The notes under the pieces are model-generated. The model was not told where the DNA came from. It did no database searches and saw nothing but the letters and a program-made list of their open reading frames with translations. A DNA stretch of 55,228 nt, the filler included, from Sluysia triapertura (lineage: Eukaryota): NCBI GenBank assembly GCA_046118255.1. It is 3 parts of 3 records of this genome, joined end to end, with 100 filler letters (N's around TTAATTAATTAA, not from the genome) between each part and the next. Parts side by side here need not be neighbours in the genome. Positions count along the whole stretch, not along the records: positions 43,653 to 55,228 come from JBJNIA010183224.1; 2 more parts are not named here. One strand, 5' to 3'. Position numbers and translations under genes: made by a program. Below are positions 49,160-55,228 of this stretch, piece by piece (position 1 is the first letter of the stretch; the number at the start of each line of letters is the position of its first letter).

Positions 49160-50004
49160 GTTGTTGTTGTTGTTGTTGTTGTAAAGTTTAGAATTTAATA
49201 TTTTAAATTTTTTGAAATTATTTTTAATTTTGAAATTATCAATAAATTTATATAAATTATTATTAAATATTATAAAATAATGTATTAAAAGTAATAAAAT
49301 AATAATAAAATAAAATGAATATAAAAATTATTTAAAATTCTTTATAAAATTAAAACAATTATTATAAAATATAAATTATTTAAAACAAAGATCTCCATGG
49401 TAATAATTGTTTGTAAACAAAATATATGTATATAAAGACAGTAGAATTTTATAGTTTTCACACAAAACACAAAAAAGAAAATAGAAAGAATATTGACAAT
49501 AGTCATTTTGAATTATTTGTGAAAATTATATTTTATCCGTGAACATTATAATTTGGAAAGACAAATATTTGATTTATTATAATATTTGATTCGTGAAGAT
49601 TGTAATTTATTTGGAAAAGTTAATCGTTAGTCTATTGTTTTGTAAGAATCAATTTAAACTAATATAAATTACACTTAATTATCAATTAAATTATTTAGTA
49701 ATTTTTCTTTACGATACAAATTCATTATTAAAAAATAAAAATATTAAATATTAATTGAGGAAATTAATATTACCAAATATTATAATTGACATTATATTAC
49801 TGTGAAATATTACAATCAGTAAATTTATATTATTATTAATATTATTATTATTATTTAAAAATGTCATTAACAATCGTTTATAAACGTAACTAATTAATAA
49901 TTATAATTATTTTACTCTTTAATTGTCGTCTATTTCATTCTCACCTTTCTTTATATTACAACTAATGACACTCTTGTTTATTTGTCATCTTTCAATAAAC
50001 CCAA

Positions 50005-50071
<67 letters not shown>

Positions 50072-51877
50072 ATTTAAAAATGGAATAGAATTAAAAAGAC
50101 TATTTAACAGTAAAGCGCACAAATATTACTAAAGTAAACATTAAAAGTAAATTTATTCGCTATTTAGAATAAATAATTCTATAATGACTTTTTAAATAAA
50201 TAATAATTCTATATAAAAACAATATACGTGTTAGGTTGTCATCACAACCTTCTAAAATCATTTAAAATGTCATAACACTTTGGAATCATTTAAAATATTT
50301 TAAATTCATTTAAAAATTTATTTTCGAAAAAAGAAAATTCGCTTCTAAAAATATAATAGAAGCTTCTAGAATGTTCTATGTGACTAGTATATTGAAAATC
50401 GCCATTTGTAAATTTCCATTTTGTAAATATAACTGCCATTTTTCATTTTGCTGCATTGCTATTTTGGAGTTTTTTGGAATTTCTGGTGAATTATCGTAAC
50501 ACATTCTGTGATTTGGCAACATTCATCGAACAACAATTATTCGTTTCTACCTTCAAATTCCATGCCTTAGTAAATTTTATATTATTAAGATGAATTTCAG
50601 TTTTCGAAGTTTAAATTGTGAAGTCCTTAAAGTATCTAAAATTTAAAATAAAATTCAAAATGGACTTAAGGTTCTTGTAAAACTTAAAATTAGACATTGT
50701 AATAAATTTTCAAAAGGTTACAGTTACGATTATTACGAAAATAATTAAAATCAACAATTTCGCATGTATAAAAAATAAAACATAAGACACAAAAGTCCTT
50801 GTATTTGTCTGATAATATCAAAACAGTAGACTATTATTTTAACACTAAGATCAATTTTGATTAATCCAACGCTGAGACTAACTGCAAGACGAAAATCGTC
50901 ACGATATGAAATTTCTAAATGCATAGTTTCCGAATCCGACGCACATTTTTCAAAAGGAAATCTTTCTGAAGTTTTAATAGTTTTATCTTCCAAGTGTTGC
51001 GTTTTTTAACCTTACAGAATAAAGCAAATTAATAAGTGAGTTCATCAACGTTAGGGCTAGCCGTTGGGTTTAATATAAGGCAAATTTTCTTAGTGAGTTT
51101 TCTTAATAAGTTTCTTAACTTTTATGAAGTTTCTTATTAATTCTTAAAAAATAATTTAATAAGATTTTGCTTTGGTTCGTGAAAAGAACAGATAATTTGG
51201 TGATTTTACTTTGGTTCTTAAACTGAACCAAAAAAACTGTACAAAATTTTTAAGAGTAATGATTTCACGCTGGTTCATAAATTGAACCGAAAAACTATAC
51301 AAACTTTAAGTGTAAATAAAAATACTAATACTTCAAAATAATTTATATTAAAATACAAGTAGATTATTAATAAGATATTAGTTGGATTATCTTTATTTTG
51401 ATAATCTCCTGAATTTAAGTTTAAAAATTTATTTTACTAAGTTAACTTTAAATGTTAACGTGAATGTTTTAAAGAAGATTTTACCTGGATTATTGATAAT
51501 GTAGTTTCTGGGATGTTAATTTTAATGATATTATAATTCGATTAGAAGTTAGAATTAATTCTCTTATTAGCTTTATTCGAAAATATCTTAGGTATTTATT
51601 GAAATCTTAGTTTATTTTAAATTTTATTGTAGCTAACAAAATTACTGACACTTTTGCATTATAATTAACAAGTAAATAAGTATAGACATTGAGAAATTTA
51701 TTAAAGTTTTCAAAATACAGATTGTTAATGTTTAAATATTTCGTCTGTGTATGCCTTGAGATTTGCTCCATTTTCCGTTACCTGAAGACAAATTATAATT
51801 ATAATTATTATTATTCGAATAAAAGATAGTTATTGCTTTATCAAGTTTTGTTAATATCTCTTTTTGAGTATTTCCAG

Positions 51878-52815
51878 CTAACCAAGAATTAACACTTTGG
51901 AATAGTTGATTAATTTCGAATTCTTGAGCTTATGAATATATGGACAACTTATTCCGTTCTTCATACAAATAGCATCATCATCTACATAGTAGGGACAAAA
52001 GGGGATAACTTTAGTTAATTTATTCTCTTGTATAGCAAGATTCATTTTATAAACATTCTTGTCAGCATATTGTTTCGAATTGCAATTATCTTCTATATAT
52101 TGTTCAAGATATCTTCTGTCATCTTTATTCTGCTTGATATTGTCATCACAATCGTTATCTTTATAAAACTCGGTACGATCGTTACCGTCTTCATAGTGAT
52201 TGGAATTGTCATGACTATCTTTAAAGCTACTAAAATACTCGTTATCATATTTATAATATTGAGAATTGTGATAGTGATATACAGTATTGACATTATCATC
52301 TTTAGTTTTATCATCGAGGATATAATACGTATTGACTCTAAGCTTAATGTCTTTGTAATCATTAATATTGTTGTAGCGGAATTTAACATTAAAACTATTA
52401 TCTTTAAGTTTATAATCGTGGATGTAATTAGTGAATACAGTCTTCATGATCGTTGATGTTGTCATTTTTAGTTATATCATCGCAGATATAATAAATCTTG
52501 ACTTTAAGATTGTGGTCTTTGTTTAGCAATATTTAGCATCAAATTTATCGTTTATAAAATGTTTAGCTTGGCCGCTGTCATTTTTACATTTATGGTGTTC
52601 AACAATCTTTACATCAATCACACGGTCATTGTAATCATTGATGTCGCTATAGTAATATTTAATGTTAAATTTATGATCAATAAAATGTTTAGGATAATCG
52701 CTGTCATTTTCACATTTGTAACATTCAATGTCATTACATTACCGCCGTTTTTAAGCTCTTCAATTTCAATATGATTAACTTTATAGTGCTTAGAATTAAG
52801 CAACATTAACTGCAT
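51878..52815 (-). pseudogene. Cargo ORF with Asp/Asn/Tyr/Lys-rich internal repeats and a C-terminal CCCH-like finger; 5' part frameshifted
   Basis: CPYYVDDDAICMKNGISCPYIH (C-x9-C-x6-C-x3-H); repeats KCENDSDYPKHFIDHKFNIKY / KCKNDSGQAKHFINDKFDAKY / DNSFNVKFRYNNINDY. Confidence 0.55.
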
Positions 52816-53897
52816 GATAATTTGTTAACTGCTTATCACTTAAGCGTAACAAGAAGTGAGAGACAAAAATTTTCTATTACTAGTTATTGAATTGTGGTTT
52901 CGATTAATATTTGTCTTCCTCACTAATAAATTCTCTGTATCTCGATTGGTTTTCCAACAAAAATCGTTTGAAGAAAATGAGTATAATAACTGTTTTGGTT
53001 GGACAGCCAGTAAGGTTAGTTAGTTAATTAATAAAAATCAATGATTGATATCAATTGTAATGGCAACCATCAACAACATCGACACAAAATGCCACTGTTG
53101 ATGATGAAAGTAACTCGGTTGATTTTGAGCTGCATAATTAAAATTTTTAAATTATCTAAATTATATTAAAAATGATAATAATAATAATAACAATGTGTTA
53201 TTATTACTATTACTTCAATAAAAATCCATAAATCTCTTGAAAAAGAATCTTTACATAATCTTTCTTTCTTTCTTTTTCTTTCTCAACATATTAAAGTTAA
53301 AATTAATAAAGAACAAATCTTTGAAACTTAATATTTTGAAATATAATGAATGTTTTGTGTAACTGTTAGGATATAACTTACTATTCTTGAATTAATAATG
53401 TTTCAACTAAAGGTGTATTAGGGTGTAGATGGTTGCAAAGACTTTTAGATGTTTAATATTTTTAAGTGGGAGTAAGAGATAAATATGGGAATATTGAAAT
53501 GTTTAAGATGATTTGAAACTGTATAATGATTGGTTCTGATATTTTGACTGAAATAATGTTCTTGGCTGGAATGTTATTAAGGTATAGATACTTCTAAACT
53601 AAATACTTGGAATAATGTAGACGTTAAAGTAAGTGGTGATTGTCTTTGGCTATTAAGATTAAATAGTACCAGATGTAGATTAATGGTGTTTACTTTATTT
53701 TGGAAGGATTTGTTGATTGATTATGAATGTGGATGTGATTGAATTGTTTGAGATGAAAGGATGTAAAGTAAAATATTTTGAATAAATCTTTAATGTACTT
53801 TAATGGTTTAAGACATTATTGTGATTTGGATGTTGTGAGGTGTTGAGTAAGTATTCTCAATGAATCGTTTACTGTGAATTGACGATGTTATTTGTTA

Positions 53898-54136
53898 TGA
53901 AATTGTGGGTTTAAACTATTTTGAAAAGTAAGTTTTTGTTTTGATGTTTAAGAAGAAAAATAAGGTATGACAACGGTTGTGGTGGATTTCATAAGAGTGT
54001 TGTATATTGTTGAAAATGTGGGTTTAAACTATTTTGAAAAGTAAGTTTTTGTTTTGATTTTTAAGAAGAAAAATAAGGTATGACAACGGTTGTAGTGGAT
54101 TTCATAAGAGTGTTGTATATTGTTGAAAATGCGGTT
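53898..54136. repeat. Tandem duplication with a 113-bp unit, about 2.1 copies
   Basis: Units start at 53898, 54011 and 54124; about 3 mismatches between the full units. Confidence 0.95.
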
Positions 54137-55151
54137 TTAGCTATATTTCGTTAGTTTAAAATGGATTTAAAGATGTATACTGCATGTTTGAGTGTTCATA
54201 AGATTTTAATATGTTAGCATTTTTATAAAATTTTTAAGAATAGTGAGTTGGCCGCCACAGCGGTTTTAAAATACCGCTGAACTAACTATTATTAGAGAAT
54301 TTAATGCAAATCGAATGAAATTTGAATTGTTCAAAGATTTGTAAACTGATAAATCACTAGTTACTTGTTAACTGAATCTTTAAAATACTGTTTTTTATTA
54401 TCTTTAGTCTTATTATTGTATATAAAGCTTTAAAGTTATTTTTGTCTTTATTTAATTATTGAATGTTGTAGAGTAAATTATTAAAACTTTGAAAAAATTA
54501 CACTATTTGAGCATTTGTTAAGACCCTAACTAAGGAACATTCTATTTGGATAAAATATTAGCTTATATAGTTACAGAAACACCCTTTGCACGACATAACC
54601 GGACCCTGCTCAAAAATATTTTACCGTTGGTAAGTGATAGAAAAACCACAGCATAAGTGTAGCTATTATCGTGTATTAAAATGGAAAAATTCTTAGAGTG
54701 ACTTAAATAGTCTAACGTACAACTTAACCAAAACTCACCATAATAGATATACCATCCTGTTGCTTAGCCAGAAGAAGATAATTTTATAAAAACCATGACT
54801 GTTTTATCTATTAGATTTATACCTACCTTGATATTGTTCATTTTTCTCGATATTTAATATTTAATGATATTTTGATTGAGTATTTTTAGAGTTTCTACGC
54901 ACATAGATTTGAATATCTATTTGTTTTGAATAGTGACTTTTTTGATGGATTGTTTAGAAAATATTTTTTCGATTTTAGGCATGAAAAAATTTTTATTTGT
55001 GTAGAAATTACATATCTTTTCAACTGAAAATCTAAAAAAAATAATTATGATTATTATTTTTTTGCTACAAAATGTTACTTTCTCCCAAATTTCTATTTAC
55101 TGTATCATTGATAAACAACGGAGAAATTTAAAATACATCTTATTCGTTCCT

Positions 55152-55228
<77 letters not shown>

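Larger units (their letters stand above)
51500..54259 (-). mobile_element. Family A element (about 2760 bp) with repeat/CCCH zinc-finger cargo
   Basis: Terminus TGTGGCGGCCAACT at 54259; hairpin module at 52999-53107; far end near 51500 resembles that of the 23032 copy; no TSD found. Confidence 0.65.

Noticed and set aside
50229-50722. Complete solo LTR of family B
   Set aside because: No TSD, and other copies extend past the apparent CA end
52028-52456. Hydrophobic Ile-rich plus-strand ORF, and ORFs 52093 and 52559
   Set aside because: Shadow frames of the Asp/Asn/Tyr-rich cargo ORF
53898-54136. CRISPR-like array
   Set aside because: Plain tandem duplication with no unique spacers; eukaryotic context and no cas genes

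Overview
Very AT-rich animal DNA with spliceosomal introns and many (AAT)n tracts; it looks like a planarian/flatworm genome (inference, not proven). Three partial host genes lie on the minus strand, each with GT-AG exons whose phases chain correctly: SLC35F5 (3851-15191), TM9SF1 (32445-33446, 3' exons absent) and INTS4 (34188-43267, 5' exons absent). There is also an unidentified plus-strand gene start. The introns hold nested mobile-element debris: mariner, piggyBac-like, L2/CR1-type LINEs, an NeSL/Utopia-type 3' end, Gypsy gag and a Polinton integrase. Two gaps carry an artificial TTAATTAATTAA linker, so continuity across them is not assured. The main discovery is a family of about 2.8 kb LTR-like elements with five termini in the window. 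One copy is complete with a GGTAC target-site duplication. The shared layout is terminus, C/A-skewed spacer, conserved hairpin module, cargo gene, then a small intron at a similar position. Cargo differs between copies and includes a decayed capture of host Fis1 and a repeat/CCCH zinc-finger ORF; a decayed, intronless UFL1 N-terminal domain lies in the same nest. All protein identifications are by-eye alignments to remembered sequences, not database searches.
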